Below are positions 28,607-36,573 of a DNA stretch of 45,252 nucleotides, one piece after another. The position numbers and the translations under genes were made by a program. The notes beneath the pieces were generated by a model. That model was not told where the DNA came from. It worked only from the letters and a program-made list of their open reading frames with translations, and made no database searches. Source of the DNA: Thermoprotei archaeon (lineage in GTDB: Archaea; Thermoproteota; Thermoprotei_A; Sulfolobales; NBVN01); contig QMWS01000001.1 of NCBI GenBank assembly GCA_003661745.1, positions 1-45,252 on the forward strand, written 5' to 3'. Position 1 is the first letter of the stretch, and every line of letters begins with the position of its first letter.

Positions 28607-28813
28607 TCACAGTAGTGAAACTCCTAAAATTGTTAGTAGGACAAGTAGTAATAATGCAGTAATCAGTTTTTTCTCACTAAACGCAACAATCATTGCACAT
28701 ATGACAATTATAACTGCCATAATTGGATTTTGTGCTATTTTTGTTGTTATCTTCTGGACAATCTGGTTAATTATGTTTTGAAATTGTGTTGATGCTGTGC
28801 TTACGATGTCCAT
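28607..28813 (-). CDS. small hydrophobic two-helix protein (68 aa), minority strand
   Basis: Amphipathic N-terminus followed by IMAVIIVICAMIVAF and LITALLLLVLLTILGVSLL. CTTAAAAAA lies about 27 nt upstream of its ATG. It converges on 28300..28605 with a 1-nt gap. Confidence 0.7.
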   Translation of the reverse strand: MDIVSTASTQFQNIINQIVQKITTKIAQNPIMAVIIVICAMIVAFSEKKLITALLLLVLLTILGVSLL

Positions 28814-28835
28814 ATTTTATTTGTTTGGTAGATAG

Positions 28836-28844
28836 TTTTTTAAG
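28836..28844. promoter_or_regulatory. single TATA-like element (TTTTTTAAG) in 34-bp divergent intergenic region
   Basis: Lies between the ATG of the - gene (28813) and the + ORF (28848). Mirror 16409-16417. Confidence 0.4.
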
Positions 28845-28847
28845 TTT

Positions 28848-29531
28848 GTGTTGGTACTTTATTTTGTGTTGGGATATTGTGATTGGAGATTATATAGAAA
28901 ATTGTATGACAGGTGTAATCCGAGGGAATACATTGGTTGGATAGTCAATGATGTTATTCCTTCTCTTGAGGATGAGGACGATAGGGAAACTGCATTAGGG
29001 TGGGTACGATGTGTGGAATCATTCATTAAAAGGTATATCAAGTTTGCGAGTGGGTGTATGACAGATGATGAGGTTTACAGATTTTACAACGATGTCTTGA
29101 AGATGATTGATGAAGGAATAGATGCTAGAAAGTTTCAGAGGGATGTTGTTGTTGATGAGGAGTTGTTTGAGGCAACTGACTTGTATTATAGTGGGGTTAT
29201 CACAGAAGATGAATATAAGGATATAAAGAAGATAGCAGAGTATACACGGGAAGCTTTGGATGAAGAAATTGAGAAGTTGTATGAGTTGAAGAAATTCTGT
29301 ATTGGTGCGGAAAGTAAGTATGATGCTATTGTGTGTATTGAAAAAGTTGCTAATACTATGCACACAAGGGGACATATGCTGCCGGTAATGTGTGGAGCAT
29401 ATTTAGAGGAGTATATTGTTGATAATGTGTTAGGTCGTGAGAGGGAGTTTACCACGCTTGGAGACATTGGTGTGCTTTTATCGGAAGATGTGGCTTATGT
29501 ATTTGAGTGTATTGCCAAGTTTGTGGGTTAG
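28848..29531 (+). CDS. hypothetical acidic protein (227 aa)
   Basis: ORF from the supplied track with a GTG start at 28848. That start is only 4 nt after the TATA-like box, so in-frame GTG 28866 or TTG 28869 is likelier. Confidence 0.85.
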   Translation: MLVLYFVLGYCDWRLYRKLYDRCNPREYIGWIVNDVIPSLEDEDDRETALGWVRCVESFIKRYIKFASGCMTDDEVYRFYNDVLKMIDEGIDARKFQRDVVVDEELFEATDLYYSGVITEDEYKDIKKIAEYTREALDEEIEKLYELKKFCIGAESKYDAIVCIEKVANTMHTRGHMLPVMCGAYLEEYIVDNVLGREREFTTLGDIGVLLSEDVAYVFECIAKFVG

Positions 29532-29548
29532 TTTGTCTTTGCATAATC

Positions 29549-29557
29549 TTTTTTAAG
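29549..29557 (+). promoter_or_regulatory. TATA-box candidate (TTTTTTAAG)
   Basis: About 27 nt upstream of ATG 29580. Mirror 15696-15704. Confidence 0.45.
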
Positions 29558-29579
29558 AACTGAATGTTGATTTTTCCAT

Positions 29580-29978
29580 ATGTTAAGGGGCATTTTCTGC
29601 ACTCTTATCATTGCTTTAATGGTTCTGATGTATGTTGATACCAAGTTGACGGTTGAGCGGGTTGTGTTGTATGAAAGATGTAAGGAAATCAATCCGATTC
29701 TTAAGGATTGGTCTTGGGAATCATGGGTGTATTCTCGTCAGCTTTTAACTATAGCACTTTGCATTTTTGCTTGTTTAACTGTTTTGATTTGGAACAAGAT
29801 GACATGGCATAGATACTATTTGATTTTCTTCTTTACGATTTTTGATGTTGCATACTCTTTGTTGCTTTACAAAATGCCAAATGTTTCACTTAGGGATTAT
29901 TATGTCTTTGTTGTTAGTATAATTGTTATTGGTTTGGTTGGTATGCTCAGATTACGGAGGTTGGATTCCTTTTGGTGA
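29580..29978 (+). CDS. four-TM membrane protein (132 aa), DUF5658-like E-x-NP motif
   Basis: Four hydrophobic segments. VDTKLT...CKEINPIL after TM1 resembles the DUF5658 pattern, a family assignment made from memory only. Confidence 0.85.
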   Translation: MLRGIFCTLIIALMVLMYVDTKLTVERVVLYERCKEINPILKDWSWESWVYSRQLLTIALCIFACLTVLIWNKMTWHRYYLIFFFTIFDVAYSLLLYKMPNVSLRDYYVFVVSIIVIGLVGMLRLRRLDSFW

Positions 29979-30622
29979 ATCCTTTAGTGATAAGAATTGC
30001 TGGTGAGATGGCATATTCTGATTATCCTCATTTGGTTCTGAAGAAGTGGTTATATGAGCTTAATGTTTCTGTTGGGGAACTTGCACGAAGGTTGTCGGTT
30101 CATCCTGAGTTGATTAGAAACTTTGTAGATGGTAAGAGAAAGAACATTGGTGTGAAGATAAAAGATATCGTTAGGGCGGTTGTTGATGTAGCGGAGTTTA
30201 ACGGTTCTATTTCGAAATATGAAGAGTTTGTGCCTGATTTTGTTGTAAAGGTTGCTAATTTTGATGGTATGGTGGTTTTGGATTTTCTTAATAAAATAGG
30301 GTTGGAACCTGTTTTGGGAGATGTTTTGGATGAGATGGTTTTTGGTTTGGTTGTTTTTGATACTTATAAATTAGCTGTTGGTTATGACATTAGGGCATTG
30401 TATTCTCATTTTATGACATATACTGATAAGGCAATTGTGTTTCTTCATTCTGATGATTATGCACCTGTTTTGTTGAAATTTATGTCGGTTCGTCCTCGTG
30501 TTGTTGTTTATCATAATTTAAATGCTGTTTTTGATGTGAAGGGTTTGCATAGGAGGTTGGGTATTCCTTTTGCTGTTGCAGAGCTTGAAGAGGAAGAACT
30601 TATGAGGAGGTTGGAATTTTGA
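29972..30622 (+). CDS. XRE-type HTH protein (216 aa)
   Basis: TTG start overlapping the previous stop. HTH: LNVSVGELARRLSVHPELIRNFVDGKR. The C-terminal roughly 130 aa are unassigned. Confidence 0.85.
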   Translation: MVNPLVIRIAGEMAYSDYPHLVLKKWLYELNVSVGELARRLSVHPELIRNFVDGKRKNIGVKIKDIVRAVVDVAEFNGSISKYEEFVPDFVVKVANFDGMVVLDFLNKIGLEPVLGDVLDEMVFGLVVFDTYKLAVGYDIRALYSHFMTYTDKAIVFLHSDDYAPVLLKFMSVRPRVVVYHNLNAVFDVKGLHRRLGIPFAVAELEEEELMRRLEF

Positions 30623-31017
30623 CTTGGATTTCTCATATTTTGATTGGTTTCTTTTTGAATGATTTGTTGCTCAAGTTTTCAGGTGTTTGTATGGGGTTAT
30701 ATTTGGTTGGTTTGGTATTGCCAGATGTCATGGAGTATAATCATAGAACAATAGGGCATTCCTTGTTGTTGTGGTTGCCACCTTTTGTTGTTACTTACCT
30801 TGTATTTAGGGATGTGTTTAATTATTACTTACCGTTGTTTGTGGGCGTTGTTGTTCACATTTTCTTGGATTGCTTTTCGAAGTCTGGTGTTAGGATATTT
30901 TATCCTTCAGATTTTAGGGTTAGATTTGGTTTGTACAAGACATATAGTTGGAGTGAATGGTTGATTCTTGGTATATCTGTTGTTATATATTGGTATTTCA
31001 AAGGTGGTTTTGTTTGA
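30619..31017 (+). CDS. YdjM-like membrane-bound metal-dependent hydrolase candidate
   Basis: MTWISHILIG..., LPDVMEYNHRTIGHS and VVVHIFLDCFSKSGVRIFYP match the His/Asp motif layout of the YdjM/DUF457 family. Multi-pass membrane protein. Confidence 0.8.
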   Translation: MTWISHILIGFFLNDLLLKFSGVCMGLYLVGLVLPDVMEYNHRTIGHSLLLWLPPFVVTYLVFRDVFNYYLPLFVGVVVHIFLDCFSKSGVRIFYPSDFRVRFGLYKTYSWSEWLILGISVVIYWYFKGGFV

Positions 31018-31391
31018 GGTTTCCTTACGAGATTCTTAGGGCAGTTGTTAAAGACCCTTACAAATTTGATATTAATTTGATTCCTCCTTATGTAAAGGGT
31101 GTAATCTCTGCTTTTAGGGATTTTGTTAAGGATTTCTATGATAAATCTGTTTGTCCTTTCTCGTTGATGTATAAGGTTGTGGATTCGTTGCATAATGTTA
31201 TAGAGGAGGATAATCCTGATAAGTTGCTGTTTTATTTTGGTGATTTTTCATACTATTTGGGGGTAATTCGTGAGGAATATAAGATGAAGAATATTTCTGC
31301 TGTGTTTGTTGACAAAATGCAGTATTCTTGTGCATCTTTTGTTGTTAGGAAATTGTTCGATGTTTGGAGGAGAAACTTTTTAAAGAAGTGA
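30957..31391 (+). CDS. hypothetical protein (144 aa)
   Basis: ORF from the supplied track. The 61-nt overlap with the previous gene suggests the true start is TTG 31014, which overlaps the TGA stop. Confidence 0.8.
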   Translation: MVDSWYICCYILVFQRWFCLRFPYEILRAVVKDPYKFDINLIPPYVKGVISAFRDFVKDFYDKSVCPFSLMYKVVDSLHNVIEEDNPDKLLFYFGDFSYYLGVIREEYKMKNISAVFVDKMQYSCASFVVRKLFDVWRRNFLKK

Positions 31392-31720
31392 TTTTCCATA
31401 TGGAAAATATGAACTTGGAGGAGTATCTTAGGAAGCAACTTGAAGGAATAAAAAAAGATAGGATGATGCTTGATAAAATTGAACAAGACATTAGTGAGAA
31501 GTTAAGAATTGTTAATTCGACGGATTATGATGAACTTAAGAAGTTGCTGTGCTATGGTTCTATTGCCTATTGTTGTGGAACTGAGAAGAAATGTCCTTTT
31601 AGAGATTATGTTTTAATGAAGCTTGGAATTACTCATAGGGAATATGAAAAGCTTAAGAAAAGGTGGGATATTGAGTTCAAGGCATTCATCAGACAAAAGG
31701 AGAGTGCAGAGACCGTTTAG
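31364..31720 (+). CDS. hypothetical Cys-cluster protein (118 aa)
   Basis: ATG 31400 or 31409 is a likelier start than TTG 31364. Cys cluster: CYGSIAYCCGTEKKCPF. Confidence 0.8.
   Translation: MEEKLFKEVIFHMENMNLEEYLRKQLEGIKKDRMMLDKIEQDISEKLRIVNSTDYDELKKLLCYGSIAYCCGTEKKCPFRDYVLMKLGITHREYEKLKKRWDIEFKAFIRQKESAETV
31377..31384 (+). promoter_or_regulatory. TATA-box candidate (TTTTTAAA) inside end of preceding ORF
   Basis: Lies 20 nt upstream of ATG 31400 and 29 nt upstream of ATG 31409. Mirror 13869-13876. Confidence 0.3.
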
Positions 31721-31907
31721 TTATTTGTTTCTTGGGTGTTCTGTTGGATTGATATATTACATATCATATAGTTTGGATTGGGAGTATGGTTATTATTTTT
31801 TACTTGGTGCTTTGGTAGGTATCTTTCTAATGTTTGTTTCGTTTGTTATTGGTGGATATTTAGATAGGAGGTTGGAAAAAGAAGAAGAGGTGAAGGAGGG
31901 AGAGTAA
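31623..31907 (+). CDS. small two-TM membrane protein
   Basis: The ORF overlaps the previous gene by 98 nt. In-frame TTG 31725 would give a 60-aa protein with two hydrophobic helices and an acidic tail. Confidence 0.6.
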   Translation: MELLIGNMKSLRKGGILSSRHSSDKRRVQRPFSYLFLGCSVGLIYYISYSLDWEYGYYFLLGALVGIFLMFVSFVIGGYLDRRLEKEEEVKEGE

Positions 31908-32777
31908 ATGGTTTGTTTCTGGAGAAATAAAGAGAGGAGTACTTTGTCTGTGTTGACTGTTGGAGGTAAAAAGACATTTGTCAGGAGATTTACAGATAAG
32001 AAGGAGTACATTAGATATGTAGAAGCTTTGTTTGAGAAATCTGTGTCTGCGACTGCTGTCTATGAGGCAAAGGGATACAAATTGGAAATCAGTAGAAGTG
32101 ATAGCTATTTTGTTTTTTCAGCATCTGCAAGGAGCTATCTGTTTGATTTTGACTATATTTACAACGAGATAAGAAAGAAACTACCAGAGGCAAGGTACAA
32201 GGATGTTGAGCAGTACTATGATAATTTGGTTTATCTTGTGCATCGTAAGAATTGGAGACCGATATTAGAGGGGCATGTCAGACCATTTTTGTTGCGTTCA
32301 ATTAGATGTAGTGTTGCTAATGTTGGTATGCGACAGGATATGTATGCAACTGTATACATTTCAGGTATTTACAGTATAAAGGAGATAACGGCACCTGCTG
32401 AGAGAATTGTTGAGGAAATGATTGACTCCATTACTAAGGCAATAAGAGTTGTTCATTCAGAGATAACTCAACAATTAGCTGGTGAAGCTCTTGATAGGAC
32501 ATTAAGTACTTTAATGCCAAAAATTGAAGAGGTTAAGGTTGAGGAGAAAAAGGTTGAGGAAAAGAAAAAAGAGGAAAAGAAGAAGGAAGAAAAGAAGAAA
32601 AAGAAGAAGAAAATTTCTATAGAGAACAAGGATGAGCTGGTGGTTTATGCTCGTTCAAGAGATGTTCATCCGTTGTGTGTGATTTGCAAGAGACGGTGCA
32701 AGAAACCATACGAGGAGTGGAACTTTGACAAAGACCCAGAAGAGTTCTGTAAAAAGTTTTCGTATAATAGACGCTAA
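31908..32777 (+). CDS. hypothetical protein with Lys/Glu-rich low-complexity tract (289 aa)
   Basis: ATG start after GAAGGAGGGAG. Contains KVEEKKVEEKKKEEKKKEEKKKKKKK. C-terminal Cys motif: HPLCVICKRRCKKPY. Confidence 0.85.
   Translation: MVCFWRNKERSTLSVLTVGGKKTFVRRFTDKKEYIRYVEALFEKSVSATAVYEAKGYKLEISRSDSYFVFSASARSYLFDFDYIYNEIRKKLPEARYKDVEQYYDNLVYLVHRKNWRPILEGHVRPFLLRSIRCSVANVGMRQDMYATVYISGIYSIKEITAPAERIVEEMIDSITKAIRVVHSEITQQLAGEALDRTLSTLMPKIEEVKVEEKKVEEKKKEEKKKEEKKKKKKKISIENKDELVVYARSRDVHPLCVICKRRCKKPYEEWNFDKDPEEFCKKFSYNRR
32556..32613. repeat. 58-nt uninterrupted homopurine tract
   Basis: GAGGAAAAGAAAAAAGAGGAAAAGAAGAAGGAAGAAAAGAAGAAAAAGAAGAAGAAAA, which encodes the K/E tract. Confidence 0.9.
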
Positions 32778-32970
32778 ACCGCTGAGAAACTTTGATTTGG
32801 CGTTGGTTGAGTATTGTGTTGAGTTGGGCAATCGAATTTACCTTGTGATAGATGGTAAGCTCTACTATACTGACAAGAAGAAAAACGAAAAGTGGTTGGA
32901 TGTCTGTGTTGCGAAGTATGGTGTTCCAGAGTATATAAAGTGCAGGGATGGTGTCATTTCATGTTGGTAA
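32725..32970 (+). CDS. hypothetical protein (81 aa)
   Basis: ORF from the supplied track with a TTG start overlapping the previous gene by 53 nt. The true start may be further downstream. Confidence 0.65.
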   Translation: MTKTQKSSVKSFRIIDAKPLRNFDLALVEYCVELGNRIYLVIDGKLYYTDKKKNEKWLDVCVAKYGVPEYIKCRDGVISCW

Positions 32971-33473
32971 TTAATCTTACAATTGCTGATTCTCCGTACT
33001 GGATATGTGTCAAGAACAGACAGGTTGTATCTGTTTCCGATGGAAAGAATACGGTGTCTCTCAGTATATCTTTGACGGATTTTATTGATTTGGTTGCTAG
33101 TTTTATTTCAGATATTTGTAAGTTGACGGGTGTGAAGGTTAGTGTGAATAGGTTGGTGAGGATAGATACTGGTGTATCTTCGAAGGATATAGTATCTAAG
33201 TTGCCTCAGATTTTTTGTGATGTCTATGATGCATTAATTCGTCCTTCTACTGTTGATGCAATAGTTAAGAAAACTGGTAGGACACCTGCAACTGTTAGGC
33301 ATGTTCTTAGTTTCTTTGATGCCGTTGGTATTGCTAAGAAGGAGGGAAAAAAGTGGTATAGGTTAACGAAGATAGAACCGGACATTGTTAAATTGTTAAA
33401 CCTTTTAGAACAAAAATCTGTTTGGGGAGATTATGCAAGGAAAGTTGCTAAGGAGTTTTTCAGTTTGAAGTAG
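32892..33473 (+). CDS. winged-helix DNA-binding protein (193 aa)
   Basis: ATG 32961 (ATGTTGGTAA, overlapping the previous stop) is the likelier start. C-terminal wHTH: STVDAIVKKTGRTPATVRHVLSFFDAVGIAKKEGKKWY. Confidence 0.85.
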   Translation: MVGCLCCEVWCSRVYKVQGWCHFMLVINLTIADSPYWICVKNRQVVSVSDGKNTVSLSISLTDFIDLVASFISDICKLTGVKVSVNRLVRIDTGVSSKDIVSKLPQIFCDVYDALIRPSTVDAIVKKTGRTPATVRHVLSFFDAVGIAKKEGKKWYRLTKIEPDIVKLLNLLEQKSVWGDYARKVAKEFFSLK

Positions 33474-33481
33474 GAGGTGAT

Positions 33482-33769
33482 ATGTTGAATGGTGTTGCTG
33501 AATGTCTTGATGCCTTGTTTAAAATTCTTAGTTCTGAACCGATTGGAGATGTTCTTGAGGAACTGTACAACAAGTTAGATGAAATAAAGGATAAAGGATT
33601 TCCTGTTGAAGTTGATATGATATATCAGAAGTTGCATGAGTTGTTGCATCCAGATATAGAAGGCGAATTGAAGTTTTGTCCATATTGTGGTTCTCTTGTG
33701 TTGATACCTTTGGGTAGTGATGGGATACATTGTGATAACTGTGGAAGTTTCGTGGGTGTAGATGATTGA
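33482..33769 (+). CDS. zinc-ribbon protein (95 aa)
   Basis: GGAGGTGA SD at 33473-33480. C-terminal CPYC-x15-CDNC motif. Confidence 0.85.
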   Translation: MLNGVAECLDALFKILSSEPIGDVLEELYNKLDEIKDKGFPVEVDMIYQKLHELLHPDIEGELKFCPYCGSLVLIPLGSDGIHCDNCGSFVGVDD

Positions 33770-34056
33770 CGATGACGGAAGTTGAGAGTACTGGAGAACT
33801 TGCTGAAAGATTCAAGCGTTTGGGGAGATATGATTTGTTTAGAACTGTTAACCTGATTAATAGCTATATAAGTGCTTGTTTGAAGGTTAAGCGGATGTTT
33901 ATTGAAGAGATTACAAGGAGATACCTTGATGGGGAGATAAAGGATTTATCTGAGTTGAATTATCAGGATAGGAAGGTTATTGAGGCATATATTAGGAGGA
34001 AAACTGCTCGTGAAAAATCTTCTTTGGATGGGTGGTATGGTGAGGGAAAAAATTAG
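33766..34056 (+). CDS. hypothetical protein (96 aa)
   Basis: Start at TTG 33766 or ATG 33772, overlapping the previous stop. Helical and basic. Confidence 0.75.
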   Translation: MTMTEVESTGELAERFKRLGRYDLFRTVNLINSYISACLKVKRMFIEEITRRYLDGEIKDLSELNYQDRKVIEAYIRRKTAREKSSLDGWYGEGKN

Positions 34057-34231
34057 AGATGTTGTAAAGGAGTTAAGTGTTCTTGCTGAGGAGATGAGGT
34101 TGACGGGTATAAATGCAAGGGATGGTGCTGTGTATTTTGCCTATTTGAGATTAGTAAAAATTATAAACGAATTGCTCCCTTTTTTAGACAAGGAAACTGC
34201 TGAGTTGATTAGGAGAAGGTTGGAGGTGTAA
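33980..34231 (+). CDS. hypothetical protein (83 aa)
   Basis: ATG 34028 or 34037 is the likelier start, which shortens the overlap with the previous gene. Confidence 0.65.
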   Translation: MRHILGGKLLVKNLLWMGGMVREKIRDVVKELSVLAEEMRLTGINARDGAVYFAYLRLVKIINELLPFLDKETAELIRRRLEV

Positions 34232-34234
34232 TTT

Positions 34235-34462
34235 TTGGTAAATATGGATTCGATTCTGTACAAAATTAGTAAGGTTGTAGGTGATATACCGACACACGTC
34301 ATATATAAGGGCAATTCTGGGGATGGAAAGAAGTATGATGTTTATAAGGATGATGATGTAATCTGTCGTGCTGTTGTTAAGGGAAATGTTATGAAGATTT
34401 TTAAGGGTAGGAGGTATATCGGTAAGGAATTATTGAGCAAGGAGGAGTTGCTTAAGATTTAG
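34235..34462 (+). CDS. hypothetical protein (75 aa)
   Basis: Start at TTG 34235 or ATG 34244. A GGAGGTG SD lies just upstream at 34222-34228. Confidence 0.7.
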   Translation: MVNMDSILYKISKVVGDIPTHVIYKGNSGDGKKYDVYKDDDVICRAVVKGNVMKIFKGRRYIGKELLSKEELLKI

Positions 34463-34472
34463 AGAAGGAAGA

Positions 34473-34480
34473 TTTTTAAA
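34473..34480 (+). promoter_or_regulatory. TATA-box candidate (TTTTTAAA)
   Basis: Purine-rich upstream flank GAAGGAAGA. Lies 26 nt upstream of ATG 34503, which suggests a leaderless mRNA. Mirror 10773-10780. Confidence 0.5.
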
Positions 34481-34502
34481 CAACTGATTTCTAATTTGTT
34501 TT

Positions 34503-34715
34503 ATGTTAAACGATGACATAGTGAGGATTATAAAGAAGTTCAACAGTAAGGGGATTAAACCAACTGCTGAGGATATTCACAATGCTTTGAGGGTTGAAGG
34601 TAAGAAATATCTTTTGACAACTGTTATACAGGAGCTTAAAATGATGAGGATGTATGGTTATGTAGATAGAGAGGTTAAAGGAGGTACTGCGAGGTGGTTC
34701 GTAAGGAAGAAGTAG
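34503..34715 (+). CDS. small winged-helix DNA-binding protein (70 aa)
   Basis: IKPTAEDIHNALRVEGKKYLLTTVIQELKMMRMYGYVDRE shows a wHTH pattern. Confidence 0.8.
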   Translation: MLNDDIVRIIKKFNSKGIKPTAEDIHNALRVEGKKYLLTTVIQELKMMRMYGYVDREVKGGTARWFVRKK

Positions 34716-35365
34716 GATATCCAATTGATGATTTGATTAAGTTTTTTGGTGCTAAGAGGGTAAGAAAGCATAAACCAAAGAGAAATGTTTCAGAGGAGGA
34801 TTTCGATTGGTGGATTTTTGTATATAAGAATCGGTTCATTTATTTTCCAGATTATAAGGTTATTGTGTCTGAACTTGGAAGGTATAAGAAGAGGTTTAAG
34901 TTTGTCCTTCTTGATAGAGATATGAAATCTTTTGGTATTTGTTATGATTCTAAAGGTGAATTGAAGCTCTATAAACCTAAATGTGGTTTGTATCGGTTGT
35001 ATGTTCCAAGGGGGTTAGGTCTTTTTGATTCTGTTGATGGTTCTGTTTATGAGTTTAAGAGAACATTTTATTTTAAGAAATGGTTGAAGAATGTTATGGT
35101 TTTTTCTTATGTTGCTCCCCTGACATCGTATTTTTTGGAAAAGTATGTTTCTATGACATATAAGTTGCTAACTCTTGCTGGGTATAACCCAAGGGATTAT
35201 GCACCTAAGGTTGTTGCCTATGTCAAATCTGTTCTTGATAGGATGGGGGTTGTGAATCCTATTTTGAGAGCTTATCGTGCTGTTAAGTATTCAATGAATA
35301 CTGATTCTAAGCTTATTTATGAGGTTGTGGATGGTGTTAAGAATGTTAACTTGGTTGCGGTTTAA
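34694..35365 (+). CDS. hypothetical protein (223 aa)
   Basis: GTG start 8 nt after a GGAGGT SD. Basic and Tyr/Lys/Phe-rich. No family recognised. Confidence 0.85.
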   Translation: MVRKEEVGYPIDDLIKFFGAKRVRKHKPKRNVSEEDFDWWIFVYKNRFIYFPDYKVIVSELGRYKKRFKFVLLDRDMKSFGICYDSKGELKLYKPKCGLYRLYVPRGLGLFDSVDGSVYEFKRTFYFKKWLKNVMVFSYVAPLTSYFLEKYVSMTYKLLTLAGYNPRDYAPKVVAYVKSVLDRMGVVNPILRAYRAVKYSMNTDSKLIYEVVDGVKNVNLVAV

Positions 35366-35561
35366 TGGTAGGTATTACAGGGTTTATCTTTATGATTTCA
35401 ATGTTGGAAAGTATTTTGAGTTCGGAGGTAGAAAGTTTAGGATTATAAACAATGTTGTGTATGTGTTGAAGCAGATAAAGGGTAAGAGGTTGTGGATTAA
35501 ATGTGGTAGGATGGATGGTGAAACTGTTGTATTGTTTAGAGGTGTGTCTGTGGAGGTGTAA
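35319..35561 (+). CDS. hypothetical protein (80 aa)
   Basis: ORF from the supplied track. The true start is probably TTG near 35355, beside the previous stop. Confidence 0.6.
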   Translation: MRLWMVLRMLTWLRFNGRYYRVYLYDFNVGKYFEFGGRKFRIINNVVYVLKQIKGKRLWIKCGRMDGETVVLFRGVSVEV

Positions 35562-35563
35562 AT

Positions 35564-36097
35564 ATGGAAGAGAATGAAATGAAGAAACTTAAGCATCTTG
35601 CACTTCTTGCTTTGGTTATTTTGATGATTTCTATTGTGTCTTTGTTTAGTTCTTATAAAAAACCTGTTGAGAAACCAGAGAAGAAGATGGATTTTGCCGT
35701 ATATGCTATATATGATGAACCTCTTGAAGAGATACGGTTTTTCAATAATGGTTTGTTGGTTTCGTTTAGAACTCCGGGAATTTGTGTTTTTAACGGAACT
35801 ATTGCTGTTCGTGGTATAGTGTGTATTGTTGATAATAAGACATACACTAATATGACACCAGTATACTTGGAGGCTTTCAGTAAGTTTTCTGATTCGTATT
35901 ATTTTAGAAATGTGAAGAAACCTGAAAACTATATATTCTGCTATGCATATGTTGATGAGGATTGCCGTGTTGGGAGCTGTTATAGAAAGAAGCATGGATA
36001 TGTTATAGGTATGATTTGTTATGGTAATGCTACGGGATGTAGTGAGGTGATATATCGTTCTAGAATAGATACTGCTGGTAGTGAATCAGGTTGTTAA
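35564..36097 (+). CDS. N-terminally anchored/secreted Cys-rich protein (177 aa)
   Basis: GGAGGTG SD at 35552-35558. Signal/anchor segment LKHLALLALVILMISIVSLF. The ectodomain has 8 Cys and 4 N-x-S/T sequons. Confidence 0.85.
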   Translation: MEENEMKKLKHLALLALVILMISIVSLFSSYKKPVEKPEKKMDFAVYAIYDEPLEEIRFFNNGLLVSFRTPGICVFNGTIAVRGIVCIVDNKTYTNMTPVYLEAFSKFSDSYYFRNVKKPENYIFCYAYVDEDCRVGSCYRKKHGYVIGMICYGNATGCSEVIYRSRIDTAGSESGC

Positions 36098-36204
36098 TTG
36101 ATATGAGAAAGTTTTATTAATGCAGAATACTTTTATGGGAATCGTGTTGGAGGAATATAAATTGGTGAGTTGTAGGCTGGAACCGTTCTTGATGTTGTGG
36201 AAAG

Positions 36205-36213
36205 TTTTATAAA
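36205..36213 (+). promoter_or_regulatory. TATA-box candidate (TTTTATAAA)
   Basis: GGAAAGTTTTATAAATG lies about 27 nt upstream of ATG 36236. A near-copy GAAAGTTTTATTAATG occurs at 36108-36123. Mirror 9040-9048. Confidence 0.5.
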
Positions 36214-36235
36214 TGTTTGATATTTAGAGTTATAT

Positions 36236-36562
36236 ATGGGTATGAGGATTATAGAGGAGTGGAATTGGTATTTGTATGATTTCTTTTGGTATAGTTATGC
36301 TGGGTTTTTTTATGTAATTGCTGTGGTATCTGAGTCTTTTAGGAATAGTTTTTTCCAAGGTTGTGGTTTGTTGTTCTGTTTGATTTCAGCTATTGTGTTT
36401 TTTATGTCGTCATATTTTATTTTAGGTGAAAGGTTGGAGGTTCCTTTTGTTTTGGTTGGTGCTGTTTTGTGTTGGTCTTTTTATGTATTTTCGCCAGTGG
36501 CAATTGCTATTGATTCTGCTGCTTTGTTATTGCTTGGTTTGACACTGGCTATGACGGATTGA
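36236..36562 (+). CDS. small multi-pass membrane protein (108 aa)
   Basis: Three or four hydrophobic segments. Begins a new transcription unit after a 138-bp gap. Confidence 0.8.
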   Translation: MGMRIIEEWNWYLYDFFWYSYAGFFYVIAVVSESFRNSFFQGCGLLFCLISAIVFFMSSYFILGERLEVPFVLVGAVLCWSFYVFSPVAIAIDSAALLLLGLTLAMTD

Positions 36563-36573
36563 TTTTATAGATA

